NCBI RefSeq assembly: GCF_006345805.1
Contig: NC_043015.1
Location: forward strand, 42,532,001 to 42,596,000
Direction of reading: 5' to 3'
Length of the DNA stretch: 64,000 bases
Source of the DNA: Octopus sinensis
Taxonomy: Eukaryota
Made by a program: the position numbers and the translations under genes. The notes beneath the pieces are model-generated. The model was not told the DNA's origin. It saw nothing but the letters and a program-made list of their open reading frames with translations, and made no database searches. Each line of letters opens with the position of its first letter. The first letter of the stretch is position 1. Shown here one piece after another: positions 53,161 to 63,474 of this stretch.

Positions 53161-53522
53161 TTAACGTAATTCGTCATCAGATATTGGTCTTATATCCCAT
53201 CGGTCAGCCCTCATTTTAGACTTGTCTGGTTCGTAGTTTTGCGAATACGAGCAAATGTGGTACGGGGGAAACTTTTTGTTACGGAAACATATTCGCTTGA
53301 GCATATCAGTCCATTCTTTATAGATTCCATAACCTCGTAATTAATATGACTCTCTTGACTTCGAGTTATGTTGAAAATTACAATCCTTTGACCGTCATAC
53401 TTGTGTTCTATATCTACACTTCTCCCGTTTTCGAAACAAATACCATTCATGGTTTGAAGGTATCTCGAGAGAAATGTTTTCCCGCTATTTCCTGTTGGAT
53501 CACTATACCATATCTTTCTTCC
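53161..53522 (-). pseudogene. endogenous CRESS-DNA-virus Rep fragment (SF3 helicase domain, nanovirus/alphasatellite-like)
   Basis: KIWYSDPTGNSGKT (Walker A), RIVIFNITR (Walker B, D>N), NYEVMESIKNG. After two +1 slips the frame reads PVPHLLVFA-NYEPDKSKMRADRWDI...* (motif C and C-terminal DRW). No HUH domain seen. Confidence 0.85.
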
Positions 53523-54027
53523 CACAGTTCCGTATCGTTTTCCCCTGGTGATGAATTTTATCTTTTCCCGGATGGGTTTCAGACACAGTTCTACTTCCTT
53601 TTCCGATGAAAAGTCTATTTTTCTCTTTATTTCGGTACGTCTTATAAATGATTGTCCTTCTTTCTATCTCTTCACGAGATTCTTGGGTCTGCCGTATTTT
53701 TATCTCATACCCGCTTCTTGATACGGTCTTCTTTACCTCTTCCAATTTGGACAAATCAATTTTCCTTTCTTTGGGACTTGCCGCTTCGGCAAAGTTTAAC
53801 ATCTTCTTTGCCAAGCTTGGCAGGTCTATACTTCTGCGTACTTTTAATGTTTCTTTTTTGGTTACGCTTCTTTCCTCTTCGTCAGAGGAAAAAACGGATA
53901 AACCCACTCTTTCTGGGCTGGACATGCTGCTAACTGGCATTCCTTCTGGACTGGACATCTCGCCAGCTGGACTCTTGTTCAGGACCTGGGTTCGGTCCTC
54001 AGTTCTGTCCGCCTTCGGGCTGGCCAT
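53523..54027 (-). mobile_element. probable non-LTR ORF1 N-terminal fragment
   Basis: MASPK... Ser/acidic low-complexity start, then (frameshift) IDFSSEKEVELCLKPIREKIKFITRGKRYGTV, loosely like the ORF1 segment preceding FNTVVVHF at 62.8 kb. The family call is inference. Confidence 0.4.
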
Positions 54028-54035
54028 TATTGGCC

Positions 54036-54259
54036 TACCCCTCCTTAGCGACTTCAATAAACGTCAGTCAAATAATATACTTCTGATTGCAGCCTTTGCG
54101 ATTACACCCCTAGCAAACATTATTCGCTGCCAATTTCTGTATCATTTGGTGCCCTTTTTTAGACTTCTTACTGCTAGGTATAATACCCTTTGCTGCCAGG
54201 AAAGACGCAGCATCTTCCTCCGATTTCATGGTAACAAACAATTCGCCTAGACTAGCCAT
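54036..54259 (-). mobile_element. Merlin/ISXO2-like transposase N-terminal fragment
   Basis: MASLGELFVTMKSEEDAASFLAAKGIIPSSKKSKKGHQM...C*GCNRKGCNQKYII*LTFIE resembles the Zn-ribbon start of Merlin transposases (E-x-x-A-x-x-FL..GI..C..GH.M..W.C....C....IR..TF.E). Two stops. Confidence 0.55.
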
Positions 54260-57200
54260 TTTAAACAACGAATTTAGCAACGAATTTTACATAACAAGTA
54301 AGCAAAACACAGGCTTTAACTTTAAAATTTTATACAAAACGAATAACTTAGCTGTTTTACGAAGCAAAACACAGGCTTTCCAAACGAATTTTACGTAACA
54401 AGTAAACCACAAAGAATAATATTTTATACAAAACTAATAAATTAAAAATTTTATAAAGCAATATATACCCATGCTTTCCGACTCACTCTTAGCTGTTACG
54501 TACTACGTCACAAAATAGCTGTCTACGTCACAGTAACAGTATGTTTAGACGCATAAAAATGATTTCAGCTCAAAACAGAGAATGCGATTGGTTAAAATTC
54601 GAAGAACTAAACAACGTAAAACTTACAAAATACAATTTTCTCAAAAAAGCCAAGTGAAATTAATGTTTTCTTTTGACACATTCTACCAGTATACGAAGTT
54701 TCAAATTCTTTAGTTAACTAGAAAATTCCGTCCACCAAAAGGAAAAGATCCCCCATATCCCGATATGATAAGGAAAGGTATCTAGAGATGGGATATGGCC
54801 TAAAGCACCATTCGGAGATGAGCCATAAAAAGCATTTCCCCAACATAGTTATAATGGCGTGGCTATGTTATTACATGCACAGCCTAATTTGTGATAAAAG
54901 ATCTATCATATTCAAAGGTAAAACCTTCTGTCTAGACATTTCGGAGAGAAAGAGTGGACAGGTTTCCATTTTGTGTTATTTTATAGTTGCCTTTTGCGAT
55001 AAGAAGGTCTGTCATATAAGAGTATCTAAATGTCTTCTCTGAAGACATTTTAGAGAAACAAAGTTGAAATGTCATTCATGTGCCCAACTTCATAATTATT
55101 GCCATTGTTGTAACAAGATCCATCATGTTCAGATTTCTGAAGTCTATTTCTCCAGGTTGTGAGGCTTGTTTATGGCACATTTTTTTTGTTGTTTTTTGTA
55201 TATATGGATGAAGTTTGGTCTTGCTATCCGTTGCCCTCTGAGGGGCCTCTGTTGGGTGCAAGAGATATATTGTCTCAGATATCCAGGGGTGATGGGACAG
55301 TGTCGTATCTTTCATGCTGTTATTTGGGGTGGTATTTCTAATCATTATCGTAACAAATAAGAATCATCTTCTACAGGCCTTGCACCTTGAGTGTGCTTAA
55401 TGGAGATTTTCATATAAAGTGTGACCCCAAATACAATACCAGCTCTAACATGGTGACTAGGCAAGGATTAGGGACACCAAGTTCCGCCTGTGTAACTTGC
55501 AACAAACTCCCACAGACTCAGAGGTTACACTGGCCGATGGAGGCCATGGGTGGCACCAATTTTCATAGCTGTTCACATGAACAGCTGCATACAGAATGAC
55601 ATTATCTGCTATGTCCTTCCTTTTAGATGTCATGTGGATTTGAAAGAGATTTAACTGCTCTTTCTTTCATACCCAGTGGATTCTCACAGAATTCATTACT
55701 AACTTGTGATTTGGTTTGGGTAATGCTCATACTAATGTTCATACGCTGAACTTATCCACTGAAGATGATGATGATTTAGTAACAATCATCATCACACTTT
55801 GGAGAAAAAGAGTAGAGACGATACTGGCGATAACCAACAGACTTGTTGCCATTGTGGTAAAGGTTATTTCTTGTTCAAAGTAGAATCTTCTGAGACCCTT
55901 TGGATAATAAATGTTGAAATGTTAACTATTGCCATAAAAAACATCATTACACTTTGGGCAAAAAGAGTAGAAATGTTTCCCGTAGAACTAACTTTCTAAT
56001 TGCCATTGTGGTAAAGGTTATTTCTCGTTCAAAGTAGAATCTTCTGAGACCCTTTGGATAATAAAAGTTGAATATTATCCGTATGCCTAATTGCATAATT
56101 ATTGCCTTTATGATAGCAACATCTTTTTGATATCTATTTCTATCAGAAATAAACATTCTGATATCTGTTTCTCCTGACTTGAGTGAGTCACGTTAAATGG
56201 CACTTAAATGTGTTTTTGTTTATAATGACTGACCACTTCCATTTTGTGTATTTTGACCAGTAAAAGGACCATGACCGGGTGGAGTCTAGTCTTGTGCTCC
56301 ATTCGGCACCCTGTATAACTTGCTACAAGTCTCCCACAGATGCTGAAATTTCACTGACCTATGCAGGGCATGGATGTCGCCAATTCCCTGAGATGTTCAT
56401 ACGGACATCCAAATACAGAACGCCATCTAATGTGTCCTTTTTTGTAGATGTTAGGTGCGACTTGAAAGATATTCTGAGTTCTCAGAGAATCTGTTGGTCA
56501 GTTGTAATCTTTGGTTAATGTTCGTACTATTGTTCATATGCTGAGCTTATCCACGAAAGAAGAATACAGGTGAGCAGCAATCACCGTCATACTTCAGGTA
56601 AAGAGGGTGCAAAAGTTACCTGTATAATGTTCCAAGCAGAATCATTTGTTAATAAACACTCGGAAAAAACATGCAAATGTTACCGGTGTGTCTAATTTCA
56701 CAATTATTGCAATTGTGGTAACAAGAACTTTCACATGCTGTTGTTGTAATAAAACTTATCATATTACAAGTCGTACCTTCTGTCGAGACTCTTCAGGTAA
56801 AAAAAAAAAAGTGGAAAATGTTTCCCTTGTGCCCAACTTCATAACTTTTGCCATTTTGGTAAGAAGATCCTTTATGTCACGAGTCAAATCTTCTGGCAGG
56901 ATGCTTTGGATGAAAAGAATGGATGTCCCTGCTCCAGACTCAGTCTTGTTAAACGGCACTTCAATACCTTTTTGGTTATATCGACAGAAGATTACAACTC
57001 AGCAACAATCATCATCATCACTTTTTGGATGAAAAGAGTGGATATGTTACCACTATGCCTTACTTCACAGTTGCCATTATGGTAAGATTTATCATATTTA
57101 CACTTTATTCTTTTGTCAAGATATTTAGGATGAAAAAAGTGGATAGGAATCCCTTGCTCCCAGAATGTGATTATTACCATTGGATAATGCTCGTACTAAT

Positions 57201-57589
57201 GTTCATAGGCGGAACTTATCCACTGAAGATGATGATGATTTAGTAACAATCATCCTCACACTTTGGAGAAAAAGAGTAGAAATGTGTCGGATAACCAACA
57301 AACTTATTGCCATTGTGCTAAGGGTTCTTTCCCGTTCAAAGTAGAATCTTCTGAGACCATTGTGGTAACAAGATCTGCTAGATTCAAAGTCAAATCCCAT
57401 GACCTGATGACATTTAGGAAGCGCCCTTGTTTCCAGTTCAACGATTGGCCATGCACATTTGTGCACCCTACATGTATGCGAGACATCACCTACCTTAAAC
57501 GGTCATCTTTGTTTTTTCGGCTGTTTGTGGGGTGAAATTTCGCCATAAGTCCTCGAACAATGACTCATGTATGACGTGTCGAAGGGTGG

Positions 57590-58170
57590 TGTCACGTCGT
57601 CTAAGGACAATGTCTCTGGGATTGTGCTGTCCACTGCGAAGGAGTACAGCTATGTCATTGCATGTGGGTGCATAGTAGCGGCCTGTATGTTCCCTAGATG
57701 GTCTTTTCTGAGCATTAATGATAGCATTAAAATTTGACCAAGCTTCTGTATCGAAGGCATACTTGAAGCTGCATACAGAGCTGTTTTTCTGGTGCAAAAC
57801 TTCTTGTAGTTGCATTGTCGGGTGAAAGTTAGTGCCAGTTGAAATGGAGTTTCGTAGGGTGGCTTGTTCATGTAAATTGCCCACAAAGTACAGTTGAAAG
57901 AATTGGGGATCTTGATTTTCAGCAGGTTCGAGTGATCCTATCCTATGGTGAATCTGTTCCTGCACTTTGAAAGCAGACACAAACCCGCCTTCTTGAACAG
58001 CATTAGCGCCGAAAGATGTCATTTCTAATGCACAACTGTACTTTCAGATGTTATTGAGGAAATGTTTCGACTCTATAGTTGTGCCAGCATAGATTGACTT
58101 CAACAGCTGTGGTGGATCCTCCAGCTGTGTGGGGTTCACTTTTCCATTTGCGCAACACATAGCAGGAGTT
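57590..58170 (-). mobile_element. Helitron RepHel N-terminal fragment
   Basis: MCCANGKV...LEDPPQLLKS...SKHFLNNI, SFGA, FKVQEQIHHRIGSL, RYYAPTCNDIAVLL, RDIVLRRRD. Confidence 0.85.
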
Positions 58171-58843
58171 GACCAGAGTGTAAAGAGTTTGTGTCTAGGC
58201 CTTTCAGATACGTCCACCATACACATTCTTTTGCCAAGTGGTTGCAGCGTTCACTACCACGTCATTCAGGTTTGCACTTTGCGTGCATAAGTTCTTTTTT
58301 TCTCCTAGTGTTTCAAGTCTAGGAAAATGCTGGTCCATGAAGGAATTTGACCAGCGTTCAACAATAAAATTTCTCAACATTTTTAATGTTGAGAAGAAAA
58401 ATACACAATTTAATTATGGTTGAAACTGCCCCTAGGGGCCAATTCCTCCCTTGGAAAAGCCCTAGTAGTTGAGGTTGTTGTAGTAGTGGTGTTGTTGTTG
58501 GCAGTTATGGTAGACGGCAAAATGATGATGTTGTTGGTGGTGGTGGCAGAGTTGTCTGATTCAGTAGTTGACTGTGAAGCTGTCGTCTGCGTGTTTACAA
58601 TTTTTTGTGTGTCGGTGGCGATGTTAGCGTTCATGCTCACACTTGCACCTGTGTTGCTTCTCCCCTTCTGTCAAGGAGACCAGCGTTCTTTTCAACGACG
58701 ACTTCATGGCTTGAAGTCGCCATCGTCAAAATAAAAATGGCTAAAAAAAGCTGAAGACAGATATACAAAAACGGGAAAACCACCACACAGAGCAGGTTTC
58801 CCGTGCAAACAATTTGTACAACCAAATGAATTAGTTGTTGCAT

Positions 58844-59279
58844 AAGGTTGTTTTCTATTTGTTTTGTGTTTTGCTTGTAACTGTTCTTGTTTTTTTATGT
58901 GCCAAAACGCACTTTGCGATTAAATGTTCTGGACTGCCACAGTTGTAGCATCTTGGCTTTTTCCTTTCTGCTACAACATATAGGCTTTGCCCATTTTCTA
59001 AGTGAATCCTATCAGGTAGGTTCTCGATAGAGGACCCATCAATCTGGATGGTAACCTCTATTGTTTTATCACCCCAATTGTCATTTTCGTACACGGCGAT
59101 TTCTAATATATTTATCGTTTTTAAATGGTAAAATATCGTCGATGTTATCCATTTGGGTGTTATTTCTGTCGGGACATTTTTAATTCTAATTTTGCTCACT
59201 CTTTGTCCTTTGTAATATGGTACTATGATGATTTCATCATTTTGTAAAGTCTCCGTAGAGTGAGCTTTTGCCACTTCCT
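58844..59279 (-). mobile_element. Tx1/L1-like ORF1 C-terminal module with CCHC knuckle, copy A
   Basis: ...RIKNVP...KPRCYNCGSPEHLIAKC (CX2CX4HX4C). Paralogous to copies B-D. Confidence 0.75.
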
Positions 59280-60564
59280 CCTTTTCAAGTCGTACTTGAA
59301 AAAGTTGACGAGAGACTGACCAGAGAGGAATGTGTTTGTTTGTAAGCCTTTCAAACGTGTCCACCACACGCATTCTTTTGCCATAGCTATCAGTGTTACG
59401 AAAACTGTTTTTCCTTCCCATTTAAAGGAAGGTGGCGGAACAATATTCACGATAGACTCGGCCGATAAGCGGGCCCATCCTACACGCAACAACTGCTGTT
59501 CGACGAAGGTCCACAGCTCTGAAATATCTGGACACTGCACGAGTGCGTGCAGAACGGTTTCGTCATTCTGACCGCATCTCGGGCAGGTCGGTCCGGTGGT
59601 TTTTGAACCGTGTCTGTAGCTCTTCTCTCGAACTGGTAGTGCGTCCCGATAGCATTGCCAAGCCTGGGATCTCTGGAAGTTATCCATAGGCCCCGGCCCG
59701 AAAGTTGTCCTGAAAAGGCGGGTTAGGAATTTCTCATCGACACCCAGGTTTGCCCCGAGTGTGTTGTCGGACCTCCCCTCCACTAGTCCTCTATAGAACG
59801 CTTTGATCGTTTGGAAGTTGCACAAATTTGATCCCGGACAGCAGAACTACTGTAGAGCTTGGTGACACTCTCGGTGCCAATTGCCCAGTTTCGGTCTCTT
59901 TTTGATCCATACTTGCAGTTCGGTCAGTAAGACAAGCTGTGGGAAGGCGCGCCTCACAAACGACGCTGACACCTGTTCACCGTTGTCGATGAAGTTCCAG
60001 AGATGCCGCAGTCTCAGCACATGCCTGCGCATCATTAGCCACGGCATGCCCAGTCCTCCATTTAACGGATGTTGACAGCAAATGGATCGCTTCACCATCG
60101 GAACGCCACCCTTCCACAGAAAGTGGAAGAATATGTGTTCTAGTTTCATGATGGTAGCATCGGAACAAGGCACGACAGTCAGGCGGTAATCGATGACGGA
60201 TGCGATATACACATTAGCCACCTCCACCCGATCTTTTAGAGACAGCTTTCTCTCGGCCCATGTTTGGCTGAGAGCGACCACTCTACTCGCAATCTCGTCC
60301 CAGTTCTTATCCATTTGGCGGTCTGGACTGAACCAGACCCTGAGCAATTTAACCGGTCCGTCCGTTCAGCGTCCCACTACTGAGTTGCTGTTGGACGGTA
60401 AGGGCTTGCTTCTCCAGGTGCCGAGTAGCAAAAACACTGACTTCTTTGGGTTAATTTTCGCTCCCGTCACCGTTTCGTATTCTTTTAGTGTCTCGCCTAG
60501 CATCACGATGTGCTTTCCACTCGACACTATGATGGTGACATCGTCCGCATATGCCGTCACGCAT
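59280..60564 (-). mobile_element. Tx1/L1-clade RT 3' fragment (YADD to C-terminal zinc finger)
   Basis: TAYADDVTI, GAKINPKKS, KLSLKDRVEVAN, FLWKG, GGLGMP, WQCYRDALPV...CPRCG...ETVLHALVQC. Frameshifted. Confidence 0.88.
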
Positions 60565-61058
60565 CTGTTGTGGGTTTGGTGGTGTTGGTAGCAAAGGTTG
60601 TTTTCTATTTGTTTTGTGTTTTGCTTGTAACTGTTCTTGTTTTTTTATGTGCCAAAACGCACTTTGCGATTAAGTGGTCTGGGCTGCCACAGCTGTAACA
60701 TCTTGGCTTTTTCCCTTCTGCTACCACATATAGGCTTTGCCCTTTCTCTAAAAGAATCTTATCAGGAAGTTTCTCTATAGAGGACCCATCAATCTGGATG
60801 CTGACTTCTATCGATTTACCACCCCAATTGTCGTTTTTGTATACGGCAATCTCTAATATGTTTATCGTTTTTAAATGGTAAAATATCGCTCCTGTTATCC
60901 ATTTGTTAGGTATCTCCGGTGGTACATTTTTTATTTTAATTTTACTGATTCTTTTGGTTTCTGTAATAAGGAATCATTATTAGTTCATCATTTTGTAAAT
61001 TTTCTGTCGAGTGGTCTTTTGCTTCTTCCTGATTATGGAAGTGGACCACCACTGTATT
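60565..61058 (-). mobile_element. Tx1/L1-like ORF1 C-terminal module, copy B (frameshifted)
   Basis: Near-identical at the DNA level to about 63475-63950; extra T near 60958. Confidence 0.8.
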
Positions 61059-62353
61059 CGTCACCAACGAAGTAGCAGGTGTCGCTAGTGTTGCTGTGGT
61101 AGAGGCATGCTTGTGCTGCTATTGTCGGGTCTAGTACGCATGGTCGTTTTGCTGGTGAGTCTAATACGTTTTCTAGTTTTCTTTTTATGGCGTATAATGT
61201 TCTTTTTGTTTGGCGAAAGGTGATCAATGTCGTTTGCGTTGAAGCGGTTTGATGGTTTTGGTTTGTTTTTCTCTATACACATTTGGCTGTATGTGTTTGT
61301 GACGTATTTCTCCATGTAGTTTTTCCATATCGTAAGCCACATTAGCGGATTGAGTTCTACTTTTCCCCAATCTTTAAGTTGTGGCATGCTTCTGTGTTTC
61401 GTAGATAAACAGCCGGTTTTTCAGCACCTGTTCTTCTTGTAGCACGACCCTCCATGGGTCTTGACTTGAAGTGGAGAGAGAAGGTGTACGTTTCAAAACT
61501 CTTTCGGCCTGATGTTTTATGTTGATATAAGTGTCAGTGCCTTCTAGTATGCATTTTGCTTCCTCGACGTTGTTTGTGGTAAACCACATTTCGTTGGTGT
61601 ATATGAGTGTTTTGTCTACGCATGACCCGAAGGTGAAGTTGTCTGTCGCTTGACAGCGCATTCGTCTGCATTTCATGAGTCTGTTACGTATGCTTCTTAG
61701 TACATAACTTTTACCGGAGTTACTCGCCCCTGTCAAATGCAACCCGTTAATTTTTGGGTTGATCTTATGACAAACTTCGAACGTATGCCTGCCGAAATCG
61801 TCTGCATCTTTATTGTGGTGTTTCAGCCATCATTCGTATATGTCCAACGATGTTTGTACACTGTGGTAGTTATTTGTATTGTAAGAGAAGAACTGCTTTT
61901 TATCTCTAATCTGTTCCCATATGGGAGTACTTAGAGTCTCGATGTTGGTTTCCGTAGCAGCTGCATTAATGATTATCGTTATATTTGGTGTATTTCTATA
62001 AATGTTGCTCCAGTTATTTCTGTAAGTTGTTTTCGGTGTGTTTTTACAAAATCTTATAATGTCACCCATGTCTGTTGGATTACACTTTTTCATGATTTTT
62101 TCACAAAGTCATACTTGTTCCCTCTGACTGTGTTCGTTTTGCTGATGGACTCGTTATCAGAGTTTTCAGCTGAGGGTAAGTCTTCTGTGTTTATATCTTT
62201 GCACGTTAGCTGTTTAAGCATTGTTTTTTGTTGGTCTGTTTCAAGTTTATCCGCGCATACTACCCATCTGATTTCTTTGTTGTTATTTAGGTATTTGCAA
62301 AATCCGTGCGGCGTAAATATTTTCATAGTTTATGGACTCTTCTATTTTCATTA
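61059..62353 (-). pseudogene. endogenous parvoviral (densovirus-like) NS1 fragment
   Basis: Reconstructed frame 62326-61085 with two slips and one stop: ...SLDIYE*WLKHHNKDADDFGRHTFEVCHKINPKINGLHLTGASNSGKSY (Walker A), DNFTFGSCVDKTLIYTNE (B), EEAKCILEG..INIKHQ (B'), RTPSLSTS (C), NRLFIY, KVELNPLMW. Confidence 0.8.
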
Positions 62354-63380
62354 TGTTTTGCTTGTAACTGTTCTTGTTTTTTTATGTGCCAAAACGCACT
62401 TTGCGATTAAGTGGTCTGGGCTGCCACAGCTGTAACATCGTGGTTTTTTACCTTCTGCTACAACATATAGGCTTTGCCCATTCTCTAAAAGAATCTTATC
62501 AGGTAGTTTCTCGATAGAGGACCCATCGATTTGAAGGGTCACCTCTATCGATTTACCACTCCAATTGTCATTTTTGAACACGGCGATTTCTAAAATATTT
62601 ATTGTTTTTAGGTGATAACATATCGCCGATGTTATCCATTTGGGTGGTATATCTGTTGGGACATTTTTAATTCTAATTTTGCTCACTCTTTGTCCTTTGT
62701 AATACTGAATCATGATGATTTCATCACTTTGTAAAGTCTCTGTAGAGTGAGCTTTTGCCACTTCCTGGTTAGGGAAGTGGACCACCACTGTATTAAACTG
62801 GGGACCCCAGTATAATTTTATATATAATCGTGTGTTTGCTTTTGTTTCATTGTGTTGTGGTGTATGCAATACCAGATCCTGTCCTGAGGTTGTGAAGAGT
62901 GCTCTCGTTTCTATTAACTCTTCATTTGTGAACTTTATAATTTCTTTTTTCTGACGCAGGGTGTCAGCGAAATTCAGTTCTACTCTGGCAGTTGTTGTTA
63001 CCGCAGCAAAATTAGTGTTAGTTGGTGTAGTGTTGGTAGCATTTCCAAGGAACGTTAATTTTGTTTTATTAATATTCACCAGTAATAGGTGAGATATTAA
63101 AATCTTGTGAAATAGCAGGCATATTTATATCAATATCACTGATGTTGTTGTTGTGGCAGTGGAGGTGGTAGTTTTGGTGGTGTTGGTGATGACAGGGCTA
63201 TCAAGAGTTGTGGAAATATCTTTGTGGTCGACAGCAATTTCTTTTTCAAACCTTGTTTTCGACTTTACATTATCAAGCAATTCGTCTCTTCTTCTTTCTG
63301 TCATTCCTAGGCTGGGAAAATCTTCGTCAGAGAATAGTGTTGACCACTGCTCAACAATCAAATTTCTCGACATTTTTAAT
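62354..63380 (-). mobile_element. Tx1/L1-like ORF1 with N-terminal region, copy C
   Basis: ORF 63079-62351 ends KPRCYSCGSPDHLIAKC; an upstream piece MSRNLIVEQW... lies at 63373-63125. Confidence 0.75.
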
Positions 63381-63474
63381 ATCGAGAAATAAAGTTTAAT
63401 ATTAAAAAAGTGATGAAAATGCCCCTAGGGTCGAATTCCACACTGAAAATACCCGTAAAAATACGGGTTTGGTG

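Larger units (their letters stand above)
42115..57480. repeat. complex higher-order satellite built from ~100 bp degenerate monomers and longer modules, interrupted twice
   Basis: Identical ORF-track landmarks recur at 2715-2717 bp spacing (43245/45962, 43574/46291, 45068/47783, 45712/48427), at offset 4637 (51642/56279, 52009/56646) and at about 12555 (42832/55387). Recurring monomer TCTTCTG..AGACACTTTGGATGAAAAGAGTGGAAA(C/T)GTT...TTGCCATTGTGGTAA. Confidence 0.93.

Noticed and set aside
53648-54250. 200 aa plus-strand ORF (also 58420-58734 and 60193-60591)
   Set aside because: Antisense shadows of minus-strand TE fragments.
54753-54798. Hairpin CCATATCCC/GGGATATGG as a rolling-circle origin
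   Set aside because: The 28 nt loop has no NANTATTAC-like motif, and it is separated from the Rep by unrelated TE pieces.
42115-57480. Satellite as a decayed C2H2 zinc-finger array (CHCGKG, HHHTLEK; TGTGGTAAA...CAAAGTAG)
   Set aside because: The period is about 100 bp rather than 84, there is no consistent CxxC...HxxxH spacing, and stops occur in all frames. Weaker than the hammerhead reading, though an HMM test would be needed to exclude it fully.
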